A DNA stretch of 14,037 bases, taken from assembly GCA_040289515.1 (NCBI GenBank), contig PSLI01000044.1, forward strand, positions 1 through 14,037, read 5' to 3'. A program made the translations under genes and the position numbers. The notes beneath the pieces were generated by a model. It ran no database searches. It saw only the letters and a program-made list of their open reading frames with translations, and was not told where the DNA came from. Below are positions 1-6,883 of this stretch, piece by piece (the stretch's first letter is position 1; every line of letters begins with the position of its first letter). Source of the stretch: Candidatus Sysuimicrobiota bacterium. Its GTDB lineage: Bacteria; Sysuimicrobiota; Sysuimicrobiia; Sysuimicrobiales; Sysuimicrobiaceae.

Positions 1-158
1 CGGCCCCTTTCGTGTGTGGCTCTGTGCTGGGGGCACAGGCAACTCCAGCGTAACCCACGTGCCGCGAAACGGGGCTGGCCTCGTTCATTGTGACTGTTGT
101 ACAGGGGGAGGGACCCTGTCAACTGCCTGCCCTCCGGGGATCCGCCGCGGCCGCACCC

Positions 159-566
159 TTAGGATCGAGACCCGGGCGGCAGGGGGACGGGCGGAGCAAA
201 GGGGTTGCCCCTGGGGCTCGGCCAGGGAATACGGGGCACCGGTGCGGGCTGGAGGGGAATCAGCTCCTGCGGCCCCTTGGGCCTCCCGTCCGGTCCCAGC
301 CCGGGAGCTGGCCGCATCTCGTAGAACCGGCCGTTGTAGAACAGGTACACGCGCGGCTCGCAGTGCTCCCCCTGTCCGGGCTGTCGCCGCGTGCCGGGAA
401 ACTGCTGGCCGGGGCCCGGCAGGGGGATCAGCTCCTGCAGGGGTGCCTGCACGGGCAGCGCCGCAGGGTGCCGTACCGCGGACATCCCCGCGGCGTACCC
501 CGCAGCCCACACCACCGCGCCGCCTGCTAGCCCTGCCACCACCAGCACCCAGCGCCAGGTCCTCAT
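159..566 (-). CDS. Hypothetical Pro/Gly-rich exported or membrane-anchored protein (135 aa)
   Basis: Part of ORF 159..632. ATG at 566 is preceded by AGGGGG. The protein starts with a signal/TM-like segment (MRTWRWVLVVAGLAGGAVVWAAGYAAG) and has two copies of QELIPL flanking a small aromatic core (VYLFYNGRFYEM). Confidence 0.7.
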   Translation of the reverse strand: MRTWRWVLVVAGLAGGAVVWAAGYAAGMSAVRHPAALPVQAPLQELIPLPGPGQQFPGTRRQPGQGEHCEPRVYLFYNGRFYEMRPAPGLGPDGRPKGPQELIPLQPAPVPRIPWPSPRGNPFAPPVPLPPGSRS

Positions 567-596
567 GCCGCGCCCCCTGTCTGCGCTCGTAGTTCG

Positions 597-605
597 ACTG
601 TACCA
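597..605 (-). promoter_or_regulatory. Putative extended -10 promoter (TG-G-TACAGT) for the 159..566 gene
   Basis: Minus strand TGGTACAGT lies 30 nt upstream of the ATG, in the short intergenic gap after the dnaB stop. The same TGn-TAnnnT pattern occurs in other intergenic regions of the window. Confidence 0.45.
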
Positions 606-633
606 CGGTCCGTGACGGGCGTGCGTAGGCACT

Positions 634-3009
634 TCAGCTACCGTGCCGCTTGTCCAGGTTCGCGAAGCGGGAGGTCTCCTTGTGGAAGAACAGCTCCAAG
701 TCGTCCGTGGGGCCGTTGCGGTGCTTGGCCACGCGCACCAAAGCCACGTTCTCCTTGCCCTCCCGCCGGGCCCGCTCGGGGTCGTAGTACTCCTCCCGGT
801 ACAGGAACAGCACCAGGTCCGCCACCTGCTCCAGCTCTCCGCTTTCTCGCAGGTGGCTCAGCATGGGAATCTTAGAACCGCCCTGTTCTGCGGCCCGGGA
901 AAGCTGCGAGACGGCCAGGATGGGCACGTTCAGCTCCTTGGCCAGGGACTTGATGGCACGGGCGATCTCGCTGAGCTCCTGCGTGCGGTTCTCCGTGCGC
1001 TTGTAGGACTGGATGAGCTGGATGTAGTCCACCACGATGAGGCCGAGTCCGTGCTCGGCCTTGAGCTTGCGGGCCTTGGCCCGCATCTCCACCACCGAGA
1101 GGTTGGAGGAGTCGTCGATGAACACGGGAGCCTCCACCAAAACCCCCATGGCCCGCGTCAGCCGGCGCCAGTCCGCCTCGGACAGGTATCCCCGCCGGAG
1201 CCGCTGCCCGTCCACCTGTGCCTGGGCGCACAGCATCCGCTGCACCAGCTGCTCCGCGCTGGTCTCCAGGGAGAAGATGGCCACGGGGATCCGGTGCTCC
1301 ACCGCGGCGTGCTGCGCGATGTTCAGGCAGAAGGTCGTGTTGTGCACGCACAGGTCGTTGGCCACGAAGTTGTGGGTCCCCGGGACGGTAAGGTCGTAGA
1401 CGGGATGATCGCCCGTGTACTCCACGGAGACGATGGGGTCCCACACCACGTCGGGCTCCGGCAGCAATGGCTCGGGGGCGTACCGGGCCCACTGACGCAA
1501 CCGCTCCCAGCCCAGGACCCCGCACGTGCGCAACAGTTGCAGGGCCGCCGCACCCCGCACGTCCAGGCCCACACCGCCGTCCCACGCGGCCCCAACACCC
1601 AGGCGCAGAAGCAGGTGCTGCACTTGGCGTGCAAGGGTGGGGTTCGCCAGCTCGGCCCGGATGCTGAACGCCTCCGTCCCGTCCGACTCCGGCCGGGCCC
1701 ACGGGTCGGGATCTCCCTGCACGGCAGCCACGCAGCCCAGCAGGCACCGCAGCAGCAGGCAGAGTTTGGCCCGGTTGAGCTGGAAGACCACAGGGGGAAG
1801 CTTCCGGCCGGGGTCGGGCTCGCTCAACTCCGGGTAGTCCTGGAGGAACTCCGTCACCACCCCGCCCGCGTCCTGCGGCCGCACGTCCGGGGGGTTCGGC
1901 CGCAGGCCCAGGGAGCCCACCAGGGCGGGGATCCGGGAGGCGCGGAAAGCGGCCACCGCGCAGACCGCGTCCAGGAAGTCGCTTCTCACCTCCGGCCGCA
2001 CAGGCAGCCTGCCCGAGGCCAGGTACGCCATCAGCCGCACCTCCGCCCCGGGCAGGTCCACGGTCCCGAACACAGGGAGCCGGGCGGGTACTGCCACCAG
2101 GTGTCCGGGTCGCAGGCAGGCAAGCGGCTTCCACCCTTCGGGCGTCAGGAAAGGGTGGCTGGCCGTCACCTCCACCTCCCGCCCCAGGGCGGTACGCACC
2201 CGGAAGGTGGGCTTGACCCCGTCCTGGACGAAATGTGACGGCCTCGCCTCCCGGAGCCGCTCTCCGTCCAGCGTCAGGACCACTCCCTCGCCCGACCGCA
2301 CCACCTCCTCGATGGTGCGCAGAAGGCCCGTGCGCGGGTCCACCACGAGGCTGTCGTACTTCAGGCACTTGCCCATGGAAGGGCGCGCGGCCACGATCAC
2401 CAGGTCTCCCCGCTGCAGGCCTCCCGTGAGCTCATCCAGGTCCACGAACCCGGTGGGTACCCCCGTGATCATGCCCCGTTCGTAGTGGGTGTCCAGCCGC
2501 TCCATGGTTTCCCGGATCAGCTCCCGGAGGGGCTGGAAGTCCTGGCGCATCCGGCGGTTGGCGATCTCGAACACAAGGCGCTCCGCGCGGTCCACCAGAA
2601 CCTCCACGTCCTCCTCGCCCTCGAACCCCAGGTGGGCGATCTGGGTGCCCACGCGGATGAGCGCCCGCAGCATGGCCTTCTGCAGCACGATGCGGGCGTA
2701 GTACTCGGCGTTCGCGGCAGTAGGAACTGCGTTCAGCAAACTAGACACGTAGGCGGCTCCGCCCACATCCTCCAGCTTACCGAGGTTGCGCAGGCGGTCG
2801 GTGACCGTGATGAGGTCCACGGGCTCGCCGCGCTCGAACAGGTCCACGATGGTGGAGTACACGATGCGGTGGGACTCCCGGTAGAAGTCCTCGGGCCTCA
2901 GCAGTTCCACCACCGCGGCGATGGCGTCCCGGTCCAGCAGCATGGAACCCAGGACGCCCATCTCGGCCTCCAGGCTCTGGGGCGGGACCCGGTCTACAGC
3001 CACAGCCAT
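634..3009 (-). CDS. dnaB: Replicative DNA helicase DnaB precursor containing an intein (791 aa; 448 aa after splicing)
   Basis: N-terminus PPQSLEAEMGVLGSML, then ITGVPTGFVDLDELTGGLQRGDLVIVAARPSMGK/T (Walker A), IFSLE, LIVVDYIQL (Walker B), SQLSR, LRESGELEQVAD and AKHRNGPT. It lies downstream of rplI. Confidence 0.98.
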   Translation of the reverse strand: MAVAVDRVPPQSLEAEMGVLGSMLLDRDAIAAVVELLRPEDFYRESHRIVYSTIVDLFERGEPVDLITVTDRLRNLGKLEDVGGAAYVSSLLNAVPTAANAEYYARIVLQKAMLRALIRVGTQIAHLGFEGEEDVEVLVDRAERLVFEIANRRMRQDFQPLRELIRETMERLDTHYERGMITGVPTGFVDLDELTGGLQRGDLVIVAARPSMGKCLKYDSLVVDPRTGLLRTIEEVVRSGEGVVLTLDGERLREARPSHFVQDGVKPTFRVRTALGREVEVTASHPFLTPEGWKPLACLRPGHLVAVPARLPVFGTVDLPGAEVRLMAYLASGRLPVRPEVRSDFLDAVCAVAAFRASRIPALVGSLGLRPNPPDVRPQDAGGVVTEFLQDYPELSEPDPGRKLPPVVFQLNRAKLCLLLRCLLGCVAAVQGDPDPWARPESDGTEAFSIRAELANPTLARQVQHLLLRLGVGAAWDGGVGLDVRGAAALQLLRTCGVLGWERLRQWARYAPEPLLPEPDVVWDPIVSVEYTGDHPVYDLTVPGTHNFVANDLCVHNTTFCLNIAQHAAVEHRIPVAIFSLETSAEQLVQRMLCAQAQVDGQRLRRGYLSEADWRRLTRAMGVLVEAPVFIDDSSNLSVVEMRAKARKLKAEHGLGLIVVDYIQLIQSYKRTENRTQELSEIARAIKSLAKELNVPILAVSQLSRAAEQGGSKIPMLSHLRESGELEQVADLVLFLYREEYYDPERARREGKENVALVRVAKHRNGPTDDLELFFHKETSRFANLDKRHGS
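1339..2367 (-). mobile_element. Intein (343 aa, class 1) in the DnaB P-loop, with a degenerate LAGLIDADG homing-endonuclease domain
   Basis: Begins with Cys (CLKYDS) directly after GK. Block B is TASHPFLT and blocks F/G are VYDLTVPGTHNFVANDLCVHN, followed by +1 Thr. Removing it restores ARPSMGKTTF and gives 214+234=448 aa. An endonuclease block-H-like segment LARQVQHLLLRLGV is present. Confidence 0.96.
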
Positions 3010-3020
3010 CTCTGCACCCT

Positions 3021-3029
3021 ATTGTATCA
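3021..3029 (-). promoter_or_regulatory. Extended -10 promoter element (TG-A-TACAAT) of dnaB
   Basis: Minus strand reads tttgaTACAATagggtgcagagATG. The hexamer is 11 nt from the start codon. No good -35 at 17 bp. Confidence 0.6.
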
Positions 3030-3041
3030 AACATCCGTTCG
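3028..3041. promoter_or_regulatory. LexA (SOS/Cheo) box-like operator CGAAC-GGAT-GTTTG
   Basis: Matches the Bacillota/Actinomycetota LexA consensus CGAAC-RNRY-GTTYG and overlaps the TG of the extended -10 of dnaB. Confidence 0.65.
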
Positions 3042-3096
3042 CGGCCTTTTGTACAGACCCCGTCCGGGGGCCGCTGGTGGTCTAACACCTACGGGC

Positions 3097-3225
3097 TGTG
3101 GAAGGCTGCAGGGAAAAGCTGTGGATTGCCGTTCCGTGGGGTTGAGGTGTGGGTTCTCCTGGGATTTCGTGTGGGCTGTCTGTGGACAGCGTGTTGAGAT
3201 CTTGGGTTGTGGATGATGTGCACAA
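3097..3225. promoter_or_regulatory. Cluster of co-oriented DnaA-box-like 9-mers upstream of dnaB
   Basis: TGTGGAAGG (3097), TGTGGATTG (3120), TGTGGGTTC (3148), TGTGGGCTG (3170), TGTGGACAG (3181), TGTGGATGA (3208) and TGTGCACAA (3217), compared with consensus TGTGGATAA/TGTGGACAA. None is a perfect match. Confidence 0.6.
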
Positions 3226-3233
3226 CGCGCGGG

Positions 3234-5147
3234 CTAGCGCCGCCGGGCGGGGACCAGGACGTGGGGGAGAGCCTCGTCCACCGTCTGCACCAGCACCACC
3301 TGCAGGCCGGATACCTCGCCCGGCAGGTCGTTCTGGTTCTCCTGGGGCAGCACCACCTTCTTCATACCCGCCTGCCGCGCTCCGTACAGCTTCTCGGGGA
3401 TCCCGCCCACGCCCCGCACCCGTCCCTGGATGCTCACCTCCCCCGTGAGGGCCACGGTCTGCAGGGCGCCCCTGTTCTGCACCGCGCTGGCTAAAGCCGC
3501 GGTGATGGCGAGCCCCAAGCTCGGCCCATCCACCAGGCCGCCACCCACCACATTCACGTGCACGTCGTAGTTGGCCAGGTCCACCCCCAGCAGCCGCCGC
3601 AGCACCGAAAGCGCGTTGAACACGGAGTCCTTGGCCATGGTGCCCGCGGTCTCGTTGAACCGCACAGTCCCCCGCCCCTTCTGTGCGGCCGGAAACACCG
3701 CGGCCTCCACCTCCACCACGGATCCCAGGTAGTGGGCGACCCCCAGGCCGAACACCTTGCCCACCTCGGGCGCCTCAGACGCCCGGGTGCTCGTGAAGGG
3801 AGTCAGGCGAGAGACGCGGATCACCTCCAGCATGTCCTCCTCGGTGATGCGCACGCGCCCGCCCCGGCCCTTGCGCCGGTACAGGGCCATGCCGTAGGCG
3901 TCCGCCAGCAGGTTCACCGCCTTGCGGCCCTCCACCGTGTACGCGGAGATGAGCTCTGGGACCTTGGGGTCCAGGCTCACCCGCAACCGCTGGGCCGCCT
4001 GCACCACGATCCGCTCGATGTCGGCCTGCGAGAGGGGATCCAAGAACACCTCCGCGCACCGGGAGCGCAGGGTGGGGCTGATCTCTTCCGGGTCGCGGGT
4101 GGTAGCACCGATGAGGACAAAGTCCGCGGGCGCACCGTGTTCAAACAGCCGCCGGACGTACGCCGGCACGTGGGGGTCGTCGGGATCGTAGTAGCTGGAC
4201 TCGAAGGTGACCCGTTTGTCCTCCAGCACCTTCAGCAGCTTCGCCTGGAGGAGAGGATCCATCTCCCCGATCTCGTCGATGAACAGCACCCCCCCGTGGG
4301 CCCGGGTGACCAGCCCCAGCTTGGGTTCGGGGATGCCGCCCTCCGCAAAGTCGCGCCGGGAACCTTGGTAGATGGGGTCGTGCACGGAACCCAGCAAGGG
4401 GTTGGTCACCTCCCGAGGGTCCCAGCGTAGGGTCGTCCCGTCCACCTCCACGAACGGCGCGTTCTCCGGGAAAGGGGTGTAGGGCAGCTTGCGAGCCTCC
4501 TCCAGGGCCAGGCGCGCCACCGTGGTCTTGCCCACCCCCGGGGGGCCGTACAGGATGACGTGCTGCGGGTAAGGCGTGGCCAGCTTTGCCAGCAGGGCTC
4601 GGATGGCACGGTCCTGGCCCACCACCTCCCGCAGCCGCCGAGGCCGCAGCGCTTCCAGCGCCGACTGGGACAGCCGCACGTGTTCCAGGGCCTCCAGCTC
4701 CTCCAGCTTCTTACGGGTGCTGGCGTTCTCCGGGCCGGCGGTCTCCTGCAGAACCTGCAGCCGGATCTCCTGCAGGTAGTCGTCCTGGCGCCGGTTCATG
4801 CGCTCGGCTACCTTGCGCTCCAGCTCCTCCTCCACTCGGCGCTGGGCCACCAGGTCCGCCAGCTCGTCCTCGATCTCTGCCAGCACCCGCGGGATCTCCG
4901 CTTCGGACGGGGCGCGGTCCACGGTGGGGTCGTCGTACACCAGGCGCTGGAGGGCCACCACACGGTCGGACAAGCGCGGGGAGCGCATGAGCGTCAGGGC
5001 CTCCAGCTTGCCCGCTTTCACGATGAGACGCTCCGGCCCGTACACATCGCTGAGGACGTTAAACAACGCACCCACGCGACGCTTCAGCTCTGTACGGTCC
5101 ACGCGGCCCCGGATCCGGATCGCTCGTGCCGCCTGCCGCTCAGCCAT
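3234..5147 (-). CDS. lonC: ATP-dependent Lon-family protease, LonC type (637 aa)
   Basis: N-terminal coiled coil, LRPRRLREVVGQ, YPQHVILYGPPGVGKT (Walker A), LFIDEIGE (Walker B), and a Lon protease domain with Ser in DGPSLG and Lys in GIPEKLYGA. The rplI-lonC-dnaB order is as in Clostridia. The start overlaps the end of rplI by 8 nt. Confidence 0.88.
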   Translation of the reverse strand: MAERQAARAIRIRGRVDRTELKRRVGALFNVLSDVYGPERLIVKAGKLEALTLMRSPRLSDRVVALQRLVYDDPTVDRAPSEAEIPRVLAEIEDELADLVAQRRVEEELERKVAERMNRRQDDYLQEIRLQVLQETAGPENASTRKKLEELEALEHVRLSQSALEALRPRRLREVVGQDRAIRALLAKLATPYPQHVILYGPPGVGKTTVARLALEEARKLPYTPFPENAPFVEVDGTTLRWDPREVTNPLLGSVHDPIYQGSRRDFAEGGIPEPKLGLVTRAHGGVLFIDEIGEMDPLLQAKLLKVLEDKRVTFESSYYDPDDPHVPAYVRRLFEHGAPADFVLIGATTRDPEEISPTLRSRCAEVFLDPLSQADIERIVVQAAQRLRVSLDPKVPELISAYTVEGRKAVNLLADAYGMALYRRKGRGGRVRITEEDMLEVIRVSRLTPFTSTRASEAPEVGKVFGLGVAHYLGSVVEVEAAVFPAAQKGRGTVRFNETAGTMAKDSVFNALSVLRRLLGVDLANYDVHVNVVGGGLVDGPSLGLAITAALASAVQNRGALQTVALTGEVSIQGRVRGVGGIPEKLYGARQAGMKKVVLPQENQNDLPGEVSGLQVVLVQTVDEALPHVLVPARRR

Positions 5148-5586
5148 CGCCCGTCACCTGTATCTCCACCTCCGCCTGCTGGCCGTGCGGGAAGCGCACG
5201 GTCACCCGGTAGGTGCCCACGGACTTGATGGGTTCCTGCAGCTCCACCTGCCGGCGGTCCACCGGAAACCCCATCTGGCGCAGGGTCTCCGCCACATGTT
5301 GGGCTGTCACGGCCCCGAACAGCCGTCCGCTAGCTCCCGCCTTGGCGCGGATGCGCACCGCACGGGTGCGCAGGGCTTCCGCCAGCTCCGCCGTACGTTC
5401 CCGTTCCCGGGCCAGCCTGCGCTGCCGGGCGGCCCGCTCCTGCTCCAGCGCCCGCAGCTGCCCCTCGGTGGCTTCCCGGGCCAGCCCGCGGGGTAGTAGG
5501 TAATTTCGGGCGTACCCCTCCCGAACCTCCACCACGGAGCCCGCCTTGCCCAGGGAGGGCACGTCCTTGAGCAACACCACCTTCAT
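5140..5586 (-). CDS. rplI: 50S ribosomal protein L9 (148 aa)
   Basis: MKVVLLKDVPSLGKAGSVVEVREGYARNYLLPRGLA and GRLFGAVT. It is the C-terminal part of ORF 5140..6729, with an ATGA overlap with the upstream stop. Confidence 0.98.
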   Translation of the reverse strand: MKVVLLKDVPSLGKAGSVVEVREGYARNYLLPRGLAREATEGQLRALEQERAARQRRLARERERTAELAEALRTRAVRIRAKAGASGRLFGAVTAQHVAETLRQMGFPVDRRQVELQEPIKSVGTYRVTVRFPHGQQAEVEIQVTGDG

Positions 5587-6575
5587 TCCAAACGCTCCGC
5601 CGGGGGCCCCACCTTCCGCAGGTCCAGCCACAGGTCCACCAGCCCGAGGGCCACCATGGCGAAGGTCCCCAGGTCGCCCATCAGAACTACCGCCACCACC
5701 GCCAGTGCCCGGCCGGCCCGCGGCACCTCCCGCGACTGCAGGTAGTGCAGCATGGTGAGCACGCCGAAGAAGGCAAACACCATCACGCCCGCCATGAACC
5801 CGTTGGCGGCCAGCACCCGGGCCAGCTGGGGCACCCAGGGCTGCAGCACTGCGCCTGCCAGCACGGGTAGCGCCAGCACCACGGCCCCCACGGGTGGGAG
5901 CCTCCAGGTGAGGATGGGCGGGAACCCCGGAAGCTCCGTGCCCAGGCGCCGCATCACGTGCCGCGCCAGGGCGTACGCGCCGTACGCCCACACCAGCACC
6001 CCCAGCACCACCGCCGCGGGCAGGATGGTGCGCACCAGCTGCGGCATCTGGTGGGCCAGCTGTTCCATCTGCTGCACCTGCTGCGGCGGCGCGCCCAGCC
6101 GGCGGCTGAGGTCTGCTGCGGCCTGTGCGGCCTTTCCCTGAGCCTCCACCAGGGCCTGCAGGGGGTCCAGGCCTACCACGTAGCGAGTCACCACGAGGCT
6201 CAGCACCGTCACAACTAGGCCCACCGCGGCCCCGAGGAGCACGGCACGTCCTGCCACCCCCTCCCCACCCCTGCGGGCCACGACCCCCTGCACCAACCCA
6301 ACGGGGGCGAAGGCGGCTACGAACAGCAGCCCCTGAGGGAAGCCGAAGAACGGGGTGAGCACCAGGCCGGCCACAACCGCGCTCAACAAGGCGGTGCGGA
6401 TCCCACGGCGGTAGGTAAGCACGAACAGGGGCAGCGGCGCGGCCACCAAGCCCGGGGACCCAAACAAAGCCACCAGCAGCGCCACGAGGGCGGTGAGTGC
6501 CGCCAGCAGGGCGCCTTCCGTCAGGCTCGCAGTGCGCTCCCGCACCGCCCAAACGCCTCCGCCTGCCCTGCTCAT
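5583..6575 (-). CDS. DUF2232 / YybS-family integral membrane protein
   Basis: TASLTEGALLAAL start, many hydrophobic helices, FPPILTWRLP, C-terminal LGLVDLWLDLRK, and the conserved position between rpsR and rplI. The start is either ATG 6575 or GTG 6545. Confidence 0.85.
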   Translation of the reverse strand: MSRAGGGVWAVRERTASLTEGALLAALTALVALLVALFGSPGLVAAPLPLFVLTYRRGIRTALLSAVVAGLVLTPFFGFPQGLLFVAAFAPVGLVQGVVARRGGEGVAGRAVLLGAAVGLVVTVLSLVVTRYVVGLDPLQALVEAQGKAAQAAADLSRRLGAPPQQVQQMEQLAHQMPQLVRTILPAAVVLGVLVWAYGAYALARHVMRRLGTELPGFPPILTWRLPPVGAVVLALPVLAGAVLQPWVPQLARVLAANGFMAGVMVFAFFGVLTMLHYLQSREVPRAGRALAVVAVVLMGDLGTFAMVALGLVDLWLDLRKVGPPAERLE

Positions 6576-6613
6576 GGGCCTCCGGCCCCGCCAGGGGCCC
6601 GTTCCTCCGCGCG

Positions 6614-6868
6614 TCAGTCCGCCGTGTACGGCAGCAGCGCCAGCTCCCGGGCGCGCTTGATGGCCGTCGCCAGCATGCGCTGGTGCTTGGCGCAGGTGCC
6701 TGTGACCCGCCGGGGCAGGATCTTTCCACGCTCCGACACCAAGCGGCGCAGCCGGTTGCTGTCCTTGTAGTCCACGAAACGGGCCCGCTCCGAACAGAAC
6801 ACGCACACCTTCTTGCGCGGCCTGCGGGGCCGCCACTCCCGCTTCTCTTTCTTCTCCTTTTCGGCCAT
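6614..6868 (-). CDS. rpsR: 30S ribosomal protein S18, Zn-binding (C+) form (84 aa)
   Basis: KKVCVFC...DYKD...[20 protein letters not shown]...[18 protein letters not shown] lies upstream of ATG 6868. Confidence 0.98.
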   Translation of the reverse strand: MAEKEKKEKREWRPRRPRKKVCVFCSERARFVDYKDSNRLRRLVSERGKILPRRVTGTCAKHQRMLATAIKRARELALLPYTAD

Positions 6869-6883
6869 TCCCAAGACCTCCCG

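Noticed and set aside
88..105. Rex/CRP-like site TTGTGACTGTTGTACAG
   Set aside because: The second half-site and spacing do not fit TGTGA-N6-TCACA.
583..596. Second LexA box (CGAAC-TACG-AGCGC, minus strand) downstream of dnaB
   Set aside because: Only one half-site matches.
643..2238. 531-aa plus-strand ORF and other long antisense or alternate-frame ORFs (872..2368, 3558..4430, 7756..9210, 10178..11161, 11468..12475, 12119..13180)
   Set aside because: Shadows of well-identified genes in high-GC DNA, with no recognisable motifs.
3097..3225. TGTGG repeats as a CRISPR array or tandem repeat
   Set aside because: The repeats are only 5-9 bp with irregular spacing, and there are no cas genes. 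They fit DnaA boxes better.
6584..6599. Hairpin GGCCCC-GCCA-GGGGCC after rpsR as an intrinsic terminator
   Set aside because: Short stem with no U-tract in GC-rich DNA.
5587..6729. 381-aa N-terminal extension of L9 in ORF 5140..6729
   Set aside because: It overlaps DUF2232 and rpsR in another frame and is low-complexity. L9 begins at MKVVLL (5586).
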